Notes: generated by a model not told the origin, from the letters alone. 64,000 nucleotides of DNA from Mobula hypostoma (GCF_963921235.1 NC_086107.1:97652001-97716000); one strand, 5' to 3'. Counted from the first letter of the stretch, positions 26,951 through 41,131 are shown. Made by a program: numbers and translations.

Positions 26951-28817
26951 GAGGAGGACTTGCCACTGACTGCCATACCACCCCCCTCAGACCTTTGCCC
27001 CATACGCAGGCAAGTGACAGATCACACCCTGCCTGCCTGACAAATCAAGACTCATGATTGTTTAATGTCATTTCCAGTACACAAATCTAAAGGAGAACAA
27101 AATAATTGTTACTCTGGATATGATGCAGCAGAAAAAACACAATAAGATAAAGAACACAATAATAAAAAGCAATAAATATAAGATAGCTTATATAAATAGG
27201 TTGATGTATGTCCATAAAGTAACACCAGGCACAGGAATGTTTATTATTAAGGTGACTCTGATAGGAAGTGATGAAGTCATGGTTGGAGATGGGTTAGTGG
27301 GTGGAGGTGTTGATCAGACTTTCTGCTTGGGGTAAGTAACAGCTTTTTGTGTCTGGTGGTCCTGGCGTGGATGCTACGTGGCCTCCACCCTGATGGGAGT
27401 GGGACAAAGAGTCCATGAGCAGGGTGGGTGAGATCCTTCGCGACATTACCGGCCCTTTTCCAGCGCCTTTTATTTATGTCCTTGGTGATGGGTAGGCTGG
27501 TGCTGGTTATGTGGCAATGGGGGCGCCAACACCCCTCGATAGCATCCAAGGCAAAGCCGCTCGCTTGACAGGCAGCTATCGGCACTCCAGTCACTCCCTC
27601 CACCGCCGGTGCACCGTGGCTGTCTTCAGAGGGCTTACTGAGGCTCCCACAGGCCACAGGTTTAAGGAGGAGCAAAACAGTTTAAAGGGGACTTCTTCTT
27701 GCAGAGAATGGTGTGTTTACAGAATGAGCTGAGGGGTAAGTCTTTCACCCAACGCGTGGTGGGTATGTGGAACGAGCTGCCAGAGGAAGTGGTGGAGGCA
27801 CGTTTATAAGGTTAAACAAACATTTGGAAGATTGAAGGATAGGAAAAGTATGATCCACATACCTGGAACTAGCTCAGGTAGGTATATTGGTTGGCATGGA
27901 TAAATTGGGATTTTCCTTGATGCTATTGAGAGGTGTTGGCACTGCATTTGTCAGGCAGGTGGGAGAGCATTCTATCACATTCCTATTGTGTGCCTTGTAG
28001 AGGGGGAAAAGGGATTGGGGCGTCAGGAGTGAGACTGTCACTGTGGGGTGTCCTATCGCCGTCACCAATGTCTGATACCTGCTCCAGTTGTCTCTATGAA
28101 TCTATAATCTATCGAGCTAAAGCAGGGATTCCCAACCTTTTTAACGCCATGGACTAAAAACATTAAGCCAGGGGTCCGTGGACCCCTGGTCTCTAACATC
28201 TTCCAATACTCTAGTCCAGCACCAAGAAGCACAGCGGGAAGCAGTCTCAATTATTCTAAACACTGGTGGTGCACAAGGTTGTGGTCTCAGCCCACGGTTC
28301 TGCTCCCTGTACACTTGTCACTACGTGGCCAGGTTCTTCTCTAACTTCATCTACAGCCAGATGACGCCACCACAATTGGCCGCAACTCAAACAGCGATAG
28401 GCCAGAGACAAAGAGTTAAGCAGCACATCGTCACGACAACAACCTTTCCCTCGTTGTCAGCAGAACCAAAAGAGCTGGTCATTGACTTCACAAAGGGAGG
28501 CGGTCCACATGCTCCTGTTTACATCAGTGGTGTTGAGGTTAAAAGCTTCAACTTCCTATAGGAGAGAAACCACCTGTCCCAGTTCAACCACGTAGACAGC
28601 ACGGCCAAGAAATCTCACTGACTCCTCCAATTCTTTAGGAGGCTAAAGAAATTTGGCATGCCCCACTGTCTCTTAACAATTTTTATCAATGCAAATATCC
28701 AGTCTCGATCCATAACGACTTGGTTTGGCAGCTGCTCTATATGGAACCACAAGAAACAGCAGAGGGTAACGGACGCAGCTCAGCACATCACAGAAACCAG
28801 ACTCCCTCTGTGGAACA

Positions 28818-30207
28818 CAAGAGATTCTGCAGATGCAGGAAATCCAAAGCCACACTCACAAAATACTGCATTAGCTCAGCATCTGTGGAAATGAATAAAC
28901 GTCTCGGGCCGACACTGGAAAGGAAGGGGGAAGGCACCACAATAAGAAGGTGAGGGGAGGGGAAGGAGGACAGCCAGAAGGTGATGGGTGAAGCCAGGTG
29001 GGTGGGAAAGGTAAAGGGCTGGAGAAGAAGGAATCTGATAGGAGAGGAGAGTGGATCATAGGAGGAGGGGAGGGAGGTGATAGGCAGGTGAGAATAGGTA
29101 AGAGGCCAGAGTAGGGAAGAGAAGAAGAGGAAAGGGGGAGGGAAAAAGCTTTTTTTTTAACTTTTAACTGGAAGGAGAAATTAATGTTCTTGCCATCAGG
29201 TTGGAAGCTACAGGAGGTGTTACCCCTCCACCCTAAGAGTGGCTTCATCATGACAAAAGAGGAGGCCATGGACCAACATGGCGGAAGGGGAACGTGAAGT
29301 GGAATTACAACGGTTGGCCACCAGGAAATTCCCCTTTTGGCAGACGGAGTGGAGGTGCTCGACAAAGCAGTCCCCAATATACGATGGGTTTCATCAGAGT
29401 GGAGGAGGCTGCACTGGGAGCACCGGTTAGAGTAGACAACCCCAGCAGATCAGCAGGTGAAGTGTTGCTTCACTTGGAAGGACTGTTTGGGGCCCTGACG
29501 GGAGGTGAGGGAGGAGGTGAATGGCAGGTGTAGCACATAGGCCACTTGCAGAAGTAAGTGCTAGGAGGGATATTAATGGGGAGGGATGAATGGACAAGGG
29601 AATCATGGAGAGTGTGATCCCTCTGGAAAGTGGAGAGAAGCGGGGTGAGGTAAAGATGTGTCTGGTGGTAAGATCCCTTTGGAGATGGCAGAAGTTGTGG
29701 AGTATGATGTGTTGGTGGAGGCTCATTTGGTGTCACATTAGGACAAGAGGGACTCTATCCCTGTTAAGGTAGCAGGAAAATGGAGTCAACGCAGATATCT
29801 GGGAATTGGAGGGGATGCAGGTAAGGGCAGCATCAAAGGTGGAAGAAGGGAAACCCTGTTTTCTTGAAGGAGGAGGACAGCTGCAATGTCCTGGGAACAG
29901 ACGTGGCAGAGACAAAGGAACTGAGGAAAGGGAATAGCATTTTTACAGGAGACCAGGTGGGAAAAGCGGTCAAGATAACTGTGGGGATCAGCTGGTTTAT
30001 AAAAGATGTCGGTAGACAGTTTGTCTCCGGAGATGGAGACAGAGAGATCAAGAAAGCGGAGGAAGGTGTCAGAAATGGGCCAAGTGAAGTTAAGGGCAGG
30101 GTGGAAGTTGGAGGCAAAGGTGATGACATTGCTGCACTCAGCATGGGTGCACAAAGCAGCACCGATGCAGTCATCAATGCAGCGAAGGAAGAGTTGGGGA
30201 GCACTCC
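28818..30207 (-). mobile_element. Decayed Penelope-like element (RT plus downstream region and pLTR)
   Basis: LFLRCIDDCIG...FLDLSVSISGDKLSTDIFYKP...HSYLD is a PLE-type RT motif. Related fragments at about 30640-31540 and 59830-60230 (GIY-YIG-like YMCETAYKLGNCFAEHL). Confidence 0.8.
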
Positions 30208-31542
30208 CCTCTATGGACTGTCTACACTTCTGCTGCGTCATAATCAAAGACCCCTCTCCCATTAGGCAGGGGGAACAAAAGCCCGAAAGGTTCGCGGACA
30301 CCTTCTTTCCCGTTGTTATAAGCCTATTAAATGGCTCCCTAGGATGATACAATGGACTGTTTACCTCACATTCTACCTCATTATGATCTCGCACCTTATT
30401 GTCTACCTGCACTGGTTTCTCAGTAGCTGTAAACTTTATACTGTTATTCTGTTAACTTGCTCTACCTTAATGCACAGTGTAGTGATCAGATCGATCTGTC
30501 AAACGGTATACAAGACAAGTTTTTTGGGTTATGTGTGACAATAATAAACCAATTCCAATTTGATGGAGACTTCACTGAGATGCACAGAAATCAAAAACAA
30601 AATATTATTCGCGTATCTGACACCGAACAACCAAAACAAATGCTCTAAACATGGGAAACAATGGATTCGCCTAACAGGTCAGGCAGCATTTGTAGAGAGA
30701 GGTACAGAGAAGACGTTTCCAGGCAAAACTGGGAAAGAGAGAAGGCTAGTTGGCTTTAAGTTTTTTAGAATAGGTGAGGGAGAGCTGGGTGGAACAACAG
30801 AGATACCTCTGATTGGGTACAGTTGTCACAGGATAGGCTGTTAATGTGGCCACCCGGTGTTGGGGCAATAAGTTGGAGAGAGAGAAAGACGTTGGAAGTT
30901 TTTCAATCTGAGGGCTGTTAAGTTGCCAGAACGTAAAGGGTGTAAAACCTGCAATGCGCAGACCTGTTGGACTTGTCCAGTGGGTGTTGATGGAGTGACT
31001 AACTGGTGGATTGGCCAGTTCCGGATCAGACTGAGAAGACAAAGTTATGGACTTTGAGTTCAGAGGCTGCAAATTTCCTCAAGTTACATCGGCCCATACT
31101 GGAGGAGGCCCCAGGCAGGAAGGTCAGAGCGGAAGTGCCCTGGAGAATTAAAGTGTTGGAAAACGGGAAGCTCTGGGTTCCCGCTTCACACGGAATGGAA
31201 GTGTTCTGCAAAGAGTCTACCCACCCTCGGTTTGGCTTCTCTGGTGTAGAGAGTGTCCACATTGTGAACACTGAATACTGTGCCCTGGACAGGAAAGGAA
31301 TCACGGGTTTACCCGGAAGGACTGTTTTGGTCCCTGGGTGGTGCAAAGAGGTATGAAGCCCAGTGTGGCATCTTCTGAAGTGGCATGGGCTTTAGAAGAA
31401 GGATGTTGCTGGAGATGGAAGAACAAACCAGCAGGCATCAAGGGAACAATCTGTGTGAAGTGTTGAAAGGGGGAGGAAATGGAAGTTTTGTCTTGTGGTA
31501 GAACTTCATTGACAGTGGGAGAGATGCTGATGGATCACCTGT

Positions 31543-31772
31543 TGGACCCTCCAAGAGGACCACAACCTTGTCGTTGGGTTTGAAGGCTTCCATGCCTCAA
31601 TGATCCAGACTCCAGAGAGCTACGTTGCCTGGAGTCAGGGTTTTATGCCTTGGCTCTTGGTAGGGTCACCCTTGCCAATCAGGTCAAAGGGTAGAGGCCA
31701 GACTAAGAGTGGTTCACTGGTCCTCTCAGGTTCAGGGGTTTACTTAGGACTGACAACCCTGACTGGTCAAAC
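31543..31772 (+). mobile_element. RTE-clade 5'-UTR-like fragment
   Basis: GGACCACAACCTTGTC...GGTAGGGTCACCC...GGCCAGACTAAGAGTGGT resembles RTE/Rex3/BovB 5' regions from memory; a split second copy lies at 32542-32596 + 37544-37660. Confidence 0.55.
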
Positions 31773-31784
31773 AGAACCTAAAAG

Positions 31785-32470
31785 CATAGACAATAGACAA
31801 TAGGTGCAGGAGTAGGCCATTCGGCCCTTTGAGCCAGCACCGCCATTCACTGTGATCATGGCTGATCATCCACAATCAGTATCCAGTTCCTGCCTTCTCC
31901 CCATAACCTTTGATTCCTCTATCTTTAAGAGCTCTACCTATCTCTTTCTTGAAAACATCCAGAGACTTGGCCCCCACTGCCTTCTGAGGCAGAGCATTCC
32001 ACATATCCACCACTCTCTGGGTGAAAAAGTTTTTCCTCAACTCCGTTCTAAATTGTCTACCCCTTATTCTTAAACTGTGGTCTCTGGTTCTGGACTCCCC
32101 CAACATCGGGAACATGTTTCCTGCCTCTAGCGTGTCCAATCCCTTAATAATCTTATATGTTTCAGTCAGATCCCCTCTCATCCTTTTAAATTCCAGTGTA
32201 TACAAGCCCAGTCACTCCAATCTTTCAACATATGACAGTCCCACCATCCTGGGAATTAACCTTGTGAACCTACGCTGCACTTCCTCAACAGCAAGAATGT
32301 CTTTCCTCAAATTTGGAGACCAAAACTGCACACAGTACTCCAGGTGTGGTCTCACCAGGGCCCTGTACAGCTGCAGAAGGACCTCTTTGCTCCTACACTC
32401 AATTCCCCTTGTTATGACAGCCAGCGTGCCATTAGCTTTCTTCACTCCTGCTGTACCTGCATGCCTGCTT
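31785..32470 (-). mobile_element. CR1 3' fragment
   Basis: RPHLEYCVQFWSP...RVVDMWNALP; ATAGACA repeat tail. Confidence 0.88.
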
Positions 32471-32596
32471 TCATAGGTTGGACAAACTTGGGTCATTTTT
32501 CTCTGGAGAGACGGAGGCAGAAATTGTGAAGGATCTTCTGTTGGATACTCCAACAGGACCACAGCCTTGTCATGGTTTGGAGGCTCACATGTCTCA

Positions 32597-35500
32597 CATG
32601 ACTCTGTGAGCCACATGGAGAGGATATTGATGGGCTCACAGAATGCATCACTGATTACATCAACTTCTGTGTGGACTGCAATGTTCCGACAAGAACTGTC
32701 CTTTGTTATTCAAATAAAAAGCCATGGGTGACAAAGGACATTAAACATAGAAACATAGAAAATAGGTGCAGGAATAACCCATTCGGCCCTTCGAGCCTGC
32801 ACCGCCATTCAGTATGAACATGGCTGATCATCCAACTCAGAACCCTGTACCTGCCTTCCCTCCATACCCCCGATCCCTTTAGCCACAAGGGCCATATCGA
32901 ACTCCCTCTTAAATATAGCCAATGAACTGGCCTCAACTGTTTCCTATGGCAGAGAATTCCACAGATTCACCACTCTCTGTGTGAAGAAGTTTTTCCTAGT
33001 CTCAGTCCTAAAAGGCTTCCCGTTTATCCTCAAACTGTGACCCCTCGTTCTGGACTTCCCCAACATCGGGAACAATCTTCCTGCATCTAGCCTGTCCAAT
33101 CCCTTTAGGATTTTACACGTTTCAATCAGATCCCCCCTCAATCTTCTAAATTCCAACGAGTATAAGCCCAGTTCATCCAGTCTTTCATCATATGAAAGTT
33201 CTGTCATCCCAGGAATCAATCTGGTGAACCTTCTTTGTACTCCCTCCATGGCAAGGATGTCTTTCCTCAGATTTGGGGACCGAAACTGCACACAATACTC
33301 CAGGTGTGGTCTCACCAAGGCCTTGTACAACTGCAGTAGTACCTCCCTGCTCCTGTACTCGAATCCTCTTGCTATGAATTCCAGCATACCATTTGCCTTT
33401 TTCATCGCCTGCTGTACCTGCATGCCCACTTTCAATGACTGGTGTATAATGACACCCAAGTTTCGTTGCACCTCCCCTTTTCCTAATCGTCCACCATTCA
33501 GATAATAATCTGTTTTCCTGTTTTTGCCACCAAAGTGGATAACCTCACATTTATCCATATTAAATTGCATCTGCCATGAATTTACCCACTCACCTAACCT
33601 ATCCAAGTCACCCTGCATCCTCTTAGCATCCTCCTCACAGCTAACACTGCCGCCCAGCTTTGTGTCATCTGCAAACTTGGAGATGCTGCATTTAATTCCC
33701 TCATCTAAGTCATTAATATATATTGTAAACAACTGGGGTCCCAGCACTGAGCCTTGCGGTACCCCACTAGTCACTGCCTGCCATTCTGAAAAGGTCCCGT
33801 TTATTCCCACTTTTTGCTTCCTGTCTGCCAACCAATTCTCTATCCACATCAATACCTTACCCCCAATACCGAGTGCTTTAAGTTTGCACACTAATCTCCT
33901 GTGTGGGACCTTGTCAAAAGCCTTTTGAAAATCCAAATATACCACATCCACTGGTTCTCCCTAATCCACTCTACTAGTTACATCCTCAAAAAATTCTATG
34001 AGATTCGTCAGACATGATTTTCCTTTCACAAATCCATGCTGACTTTGTCCGATGATTTCACCGCTTTCCAAATGTGCTGTTATCACATCTTTGATAACTG
34101 ACTCCAGCAGTTTCCCCACCACCGACATTAGGCTAACCGGTCTATAATTCCTCAGTTTCTCTCTCCCTCCTTTTTTAAAAAGTGGGGTTACATTAGCCAC
34201 CCTCCAATCCTCAGGAACTAGTCCAGAATCTAACGAGTTTTGAAAAATTATCACTAATGCATCCACTATTTCTTGGGCTACTTCCTTAAGCACGCTGGGA
34301 TGCAGACCATCTGGCCCTGGGGATTTATCTGCCTTTAATCCCTTCAATTTACCTAACATCACTTCCTTACTAACATGTATTTCCCTCAGTTCCTCCATCT
34401 CACTGGACCCTCTGCCCCCTACTATTTCCGGAAGATTATTTATGTCCTTCTTAGTGAAGACAGAACCAAAGTAATTATTCAATTGGTCTGCCATGTCCTT
34501 GCTCCCCATAATCAATTCACCTGTTTCTGTCTGTAGGGGACCCACATTTGTCTTAACCATTCTTTTTCTTTTCACATATCTATAAAAGATTTTACAGTCA
34601 GTTTTTATGTTCCCTGCCAGTTTTCTCTCATAATCTTTTTTCCCCTTCCTAATTAAGCCCTTTGTCCTCCTCTGCTGGACTCTGAATTTCTCCCAGTCCT
34701 CAGGTGAGCCACTTTTTCTGGCTAATTTGTATGCTTCTTCTTTGGAATTGATACTATCCCTAATTTCCCTTGTCAGCCACGGGTGCACTACCTTCCTTGA
34801 TTTATTCTTTTGCCAAACTGGGATGAACAATTGTTGTAGATCATCCATGCGATCTTTAAATGCTTGCCATTGCATATCCACCATCAACCCTTTATGTGTC
34901 ATTTGTCTGTCTATCTTAGCTAATTCACGTCTCATACCTTCAAAGTTACCCTTCTTTAAGTTCAGAACCTTTGTTTCTGAATTAACTATGTCACTCTCCA
35001 TCTTAATGAAGAATTCCACCATATTATGGTCACTCTTACCCAAGGGGCCTCTCACGACAAGATTGCTAATTAACCCTTCCTCATTGCTCAATACCCAGTC
35101 CAGAATAGCCTGCTCTCTAGTTGGTTCCTCGACATGTTGGTTCAAAAAACCATCCCGCATACTTTCCAAGAAATCCTCTTCCTCAGCACCCTTACCAATT
35201 TGGTTCACCCAATCTATATGTAGATTGAAGTCACCCATTATAACTGCTGTTCCTTTATTGCACTCATTTCTAATTTCCTGTTTAATACCATCTCCGACCT
35301 CACTACTACTGTTAGGTGGCCTGTACACAACTCCCACCAGCGTTTTCTGCCCCTTAGTGTTATGCAGCTCTACCCATATCGATTCCACATCCTCCCGGCT
35401 AATGTCCTTCCTTTCTATTGCGTTAACCTCCTCTCTAACCAGCAATGCTACCCCACCTCCTTTTCTTTCATGTCTATCCCTCCTGAATATTGAATATCCC

Positions 35501-37543
35501 TGATTGTTGAGCTCCCATCCTTGGTCACCCTGAAGCCATGTCTCTGTGATCCCAACTATATCATATTAAGGACATCCTGAACGCTAAAAAGAGGGCATTT
35601 AGAGATGGAAATAGGGAGGAGCTGAGGGCAATACAGAGGGACCTGAAAGCCAGGATCAGGGAGGCTAAAGACAGATACAGGAGGAAGCTTGAGTGGAAAC
35701 TCCAGCGGAACAACATGAGAGAGGTCTGGAGGGGGATGAGGACCATCGCTGGATTCCGGCAAACTAGCAACAGAGGAGCTGAGGGCAGTGTGGGCAGGGC
35801 CAATGAACTTAACCTGTTCTTTAACAGATTTGACATTGTGACCCCTGTCCATCCCCCACATGAGCCATCTGTTGTCGGCTCCCAACCAGCACATATTCCA
35901 CTCTCCCCTCCTACCCCTCCTCACAGTCCCCCACCCTGCTCTCATGACTATACCCCTCCCCTACACGAAACCACCACAGTGGGCTTCACAGGCTGAACAG
36001 GTGAGAAGACAGCTGAAACGTCTCAACCCAAGCAAGGCTGCAGGACCGGATGGTGTCAGTACCAGGGTGCTCAAAGCCTGTGGCCCTCAGCGATGTGGAG
36101 TACTTCACCACATATTCAACCTGAGCCTGAGGCTCCGGAGGGTTCCTGTGCTGTGGAAGACGTCCTGCCTCGTCCCTGTGCCGAAGACGCCGCGCCCCAG
36201 CGGCCTCAATGACTACAGACTGGTGGCATTGACCTCCCACATCATGAAGACCCTGGAGAGACTTGTTCTGGAGCTGCTTCGGCCTATGGTCAGGCCACAC
36301 TTAGATCCCCTCCAGTTCGCCTACCAGCCCCGACTAGGAGTTGAGGATGCCATTGTCTACCTGCAGAACCGTGTCTACGCCCACCTGGACAAGCCAGCGA
36401 GCACTGTGAGGGTCACGTTTTTTGACTTCCTCCAGTGCGTTCAACACCATCCGCCCTGCTCTGCTGGGGGAGAAGCTGACAGCGATGCAGGTGGATGCTT
36501 TCCTGGTGTCATGGATTCTTGATTACCTGACTGGCAGACCACAGTACGTGTGCTTGCAACACTGTGTGTCCAACAGAGTGACCAGCAGCACTGGGGCTCC
36601 ACAGGGGACTGTCTTGTCTCTCTTTCTCTTCACCATTTACACCTCGGACTTCAACTACTGCACAGAGTCTTGTCATCTTCAGAAGTTTTCAGATGACTCT
36701 TCCATAGTTGAATGCATCAGCAAGGGAGATGAGGTTGAGTACAGGGCCACTGTAGGAAATTTTGTCACATGGTGTGAGCAGAATTATGTGCAGCTTAATG
36801 TGAAAAAGACTAAGGAGCTGGTGGTAGACCTGAGGAGAGCTAAGGTACCGGTGATCCCTGTTTCCATCCAGGGGGTCAGTGTGGACATGGTGGAGGATTA
36901 CAAATACCTGGGGATACGAATTGACAATAAACTGGACTGGTCAAAGAACACTGAGGCTGTCTACAAGAAGGGTCAGAGCCGTCTCTATTTCCTGCGGAGA
37001 CTGAGGTCCTTTAACATCGGCCGGACGATGCTGAGGATGTTCTACGAGTCTGTGGTGGCCAGTGCTATCATGTTTGCTGTTGTGTGCTGGGGCAGCAGGC
37101 TGAGGGTAGCAGACACCAACAGAATCAACAAACTCATTCATAAGGCCAGTGATGTTGTGGGGATGGAACAGACTCTCACGGTGGTGTCTGAAAAGAGGAT
37201 GCTGTCTAAGTTGCATTCCATCTTGGTCAATGTCTCCCATCCACTACATAATGTACTGGGTGGGCACAGGAGTACATTCAGCCAGAGGCTCATTCCACCG
37301 AGATGCAACACTGAGCGTCATAGGAAGTCATTCCTGCCTGTGGCCATCAAACTTTACAACTCCTCCCTTGGAGGGTCAGATACCCTGAGCCAATAGGCTG
37401 GTCCTGGACTTATTTCATAATTTACTGGCATCATTTACACATTACTATTTAACTATTTATGATTCTATTAGTATTTATTATTAAATGGTGCAACTGTAAC
37501 AAAAACCAATTTCCCCCGGGATCAATAAAGTATGACTATGACT
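32597..37543 (+). mobile_element. Rex1/Babar-like LINE, 5'-truncated, interrupted by CR1
   Basis: ITDYINFC...KPWVTKDIK / DILNAKKRAF, then KAAGPDGV, LQFAYQ, GAPQGTVLS and KFSDD; tail AATAAAGTATGACTATGACT. Confidence 0.9.
32745..35564 (-). mobile_element. Young CR1 LINE with near-intact ORF2
   Basis: ORFs 33961-35445 and 32944-33951 are in the same frame, broken only by TAG stops; EN (YRPP, GDFN, SDH) and RT (QHGF, PQGSVLGP, FADD) motifs; TTCTATGT tail. Confidence 0.95.
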
Positions 37544-38054
37544 CAATAACCCGGAGAGCTACGTTGGCCGGAGTCAAGGCTTTAAGCATTGGCTCATGGT
37601 AGGGTTACCCATGCCAAACAGGTCAAAGGGTAGAGGCCAGACTAAGAGTGGTCCACCAGTCACTCTGTCAGTGAGACGTGATAAAAATTTAAAGGTACAT
37701 AGTAGGCAAGATAGAAAACGGGTATCTTTTTCCCAGGTTTGAATGTCTAATACTGGAGGCCATGAATCTAAGGTGAGGGGAGGAAAGTTGAAAGAAGATT
37801 TGTGGGACATATTTTTTCCACAAGGAATGATGAAATGGCAGGAGAGAGATGCACAAGGGACTCACTGGGATATTGGGAAGCAACACTACATATGGAGACA
37901 GAGAAACTGAGTGACAAGAGATAGAGGGAAGGAAAGATTTTAGATGAGGTGAGAGACGTTGAGAGACAGTTGTTTGAGGAGGAGAGACTGGAGACAAACA
38001 AGAGGGAAATTTGGGAAGTAGGGAGGATTATTTCTGTTGCAAGAGGGCACTAAC

Positions 38055-38231
38055 CATACAGTTGTTCAATCCCATAGACGTCATCTTGAGGTAGTTGATA
38101 ATTCCGTACATCTCCGGCGGGACCCTGGTAGTAAGGCTTCATTATCGATTGTCCTGCAGAGGAGTGGCTGAGGCCAACTGCGTGTCCGAACTCATGGATG
38201 GCAACAGCAAACAGGTCTGTACCTTTTTCAC
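38055..38231 (-). CDS. mmp25: MMP25-like exon 5 (zinc-binding motif and Met-turn)
   Basis: Acceptor AACCCAG, donor G|GTTAGT; 177 nt, phase 1 to 1. Encodes (S)[36 protein letters not shown]...IEQLY(G), with HExxHxxGxxH. Confidence 0.95.
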
Positions 38232-40900
38232 CTGGGTTACAAGGACCAAGGGATACACAAATCAGAATGGAGGTTTCACCCTGAATCAATGTGACCATCT
38301 TCATACCTGTACCTGGGTTCTATGATCCCACAAGGAATTTACTCTTTACCAAGCATATGTTGTTTTATGTTGGAAGAAATCAGATAGGTAGACAACCATA
38401 CACAGGTGGACAAGGCAGTTAAGGAGAGGTTCAGAACCCTGTCCTGCATCCGTCAGGGAATTGAACAATACAGACTGGGATGTTTCACCTGGACGAGATG
38501 TTGGTGAGGCTGCACCGTGTGTACAGTTTTGGCCGTCATCCTACACAGCAGCTGGAAAGCATGCGATGAAGATTTACGGGAATGTTGCCCGAGTTACAGG
38601 GAGAGGTTGTGAATGTCAGAGATGGAGGGGCAAACTTATCGATGTGTATAAAATCGCGAGGGGCAGAGCTAGGGTGAATGCGCACAGACATTTTCCCAGG
38701 GGACGAGAACCAAAAATCTAAAAGGTCGTAAGTTTAAGGTGAGTGGTGAGAAATTTAAAATGGACCTCGGGGGAGCTTATTTACTCAGGTACAGCATCAA
38801 CATGTAAAAGGCACTCGGACAGGTAAATGGATGGGAATGGTTTAAAGTGAAATGCAGGCTTAGATGGGAAGAATGGCTAGTATTGAAGAGTTGGGCCGAA
38901 AGGCCTGTTTCTGTGCTGTATGACTCATTGACCCCAACTATTAAATGAAGGTATTGTCCTCCCTGCCCACTATACATCCCATTTGCCACGATGGCTACCA
39001 GTCCTGGTAGTTTCCTACCCTGCAGTGAATGTAACACAATGGCTGTCCAGGGAGACCTTGCAGTCAGACACCCCAGAAATGACCCGCTGCCCAGAACTGG
39101 GAATGGCCATCCTGGCTGAGCCTAAGAGTAGACAGACCATGAAATTCCCCGTCAGATCCACCCTTCCTTTTCACTGGAGACCAAACGCCAGTCAAATCAT
39201 GAGAAGCAGCCATTTCAAGGGCTCAAAGAGCAGAGACAACTTCTCATCTGCTTTGGTAGATGGGTCCGCCTAGGCTCACGAAACTACAGCAGACAGGATG
39301 TCAATTAGCTAACCCAGAAAGTGGGAGGGCTCCAGTCGTGGCCCCCCTTCCTCACCAGGTAACTGAACAGAATCATCACGCGTCTGGACTCATGCCGGAA
39401 GCCATTTACTGTACGCTATGGAATTTCCAAGCAAGTTTAAGTCGTGTGACCGGCTCCCGAGCAGGGCGGGCAGGAGAACAGGCTGACCAAGGGAAGGTTA
39501 GAAACAGAGAAAACCTACAGCACAATGTAGGCCCTTCGGCCCACAATGCTGTGCCGAACACGTACTTACTTTAGAAATTACCTAGGGTTACCGTAGCCCT
39601 CTATTTTTCTAAGCTCCATGTACCTATCCAGGAGTCTCTTAAAAGACATTATCGTATCCACCTCCACCACCGTTGCCGGCAACCCATTCCACTCACTCAC
39701 ATAAAAAACTTAACCCTGACATTTCCTCGGTTGGTACAACTCCATACATGACAGCCAACCTGGTGGGCTTCCCAAAGTGAACATCACCTGGCTTACACCT
39801 CCACCATTCACATCCTTCCCACAGTCAGAACCATCCCCTCCACCCACTGGGGGCAGTATCACAGGAGGTAACCGTGCCCCTCGCACAGCCAACGCTTGCT
39901 GTTGGGAGTCGCCTGTCACCCTGAAGGCAGCTCCCCCCGCCAGAGAGAAATCTCATGAGGGCACGCCCCAGGGGTGGGTGAGATTTACGTTACAGGTATC
40001 TCTATAAGAGAGCGAGTCACAGCTTAGTGATTGGCACAGACGGACCTGTCACATTCCAGGAAAATCGGAACCTCCTGCTGCGGAGGAAATCAACAAACCT
40101 CCTCTGGATCTTGGTGGCAAAAGCTAGGTAGACATCATGGAGGCCTGCAACTGGTTTAAGACATCTGACAGGAAGTACACAGCATAGTCCCGTCCAAAGC
40201 TCCAGCCAAGTGCTGACCTTTGTCCACAACCCTTGCCAACTCTCCAACCCGGCCTCATGGACTTCCTCAGCAGATACCCAGGGAGATCAGTGGTAGGGAA
40301 GTCATGGAGTCATACGAAAGCAAGCTCATCCATGCCCGTCCAGGCTTCTTCTGACACCTCATTCCATATAAGCACCACCAGCTTCCTATTAAATGTTTTT
40401 CCTCTCTCCTTAATCCTCAGCCCTCAATCAGTGGAAAAGATTTAGAGGGACAGGACTGTTCAACGCTTGGGAAGGTAAGGGTTAGATCAAAGAAGGTCAG
40501 TATGGTTTTTACTTTTCCACTGGGAGACCCATACTGATCAATTTGATCAAATTTTTCAAAGTAGTAACAAAATACTGTATAATGCTCAGCTCAGCGCAGC
40601 TGATGCAGTCTCCAGCTGAAGACTTTTATACAAATTGGTGTCAATGACACTAGCAGAGAAAATAACGGTCCTGCAGAATGGAAATAGGGGAATTAGGCAG
40701 AAGGTTCAAAAGCAGGATGTGAACTCTGGTTTTCTCCTGGCACCTGCCCAGAAGGCCACAATGGCAAACCAGTTCTGTAGAAAGATTTGCCGAGAACAAT
40801 CACGGTCAGAGCCACGATCGCCCGCATCATATGACATGGCACATAACGATGGCTCCTGGTACCACTTGGTAGTGAGAGTATGGCTAGACTAGGGAAGGCG

Positions 40901-41131
40901 AACGTGTTCCTGAAGAGCTGCGGGAGGAGGGAGGTCACTGAATGTGTCCCTGGGGAGCTGGGAGAGGTGGGAGGTAGACGTATGTTTCCCTGAGGAGCTG
41001 GAGCAGCAGGGAGGTAGGGGTATGTGTCTCTGAGGAGCTGGGGTAGGTAGGAGGTGGATGTATGTGTCTCTAAGGATCAGGGAGAGGTGGGAGATCAATG
41101 TATGTGTTCCTGAGGAGCTGGGGCAGGAGGG
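40901..41131. repeat. Degenerate 40-bp minisatellite, about 6 units
   Basis: Units like TATGTGTTCCTGAGGAGCTGGG begin at 40901, 40941, 40981, 41021, 41061 and 41101. Confidence 0.85.

Noticed and set aside
31543..31772. HDV-like ribozyme in RTE-type 5' fragments (also 42760-42856)
   Set aside because: Such ribozymes are known in RTE elements, but I could not build the nested double pseudoknot by eye; a descriptor search is needed.
34727..35503. 258-aa plus-strand ORF and similar shadow ORFs (7643, 14058, 32021, 33524)
   Set aside because: These are antisense frames of CR1 ORF2.
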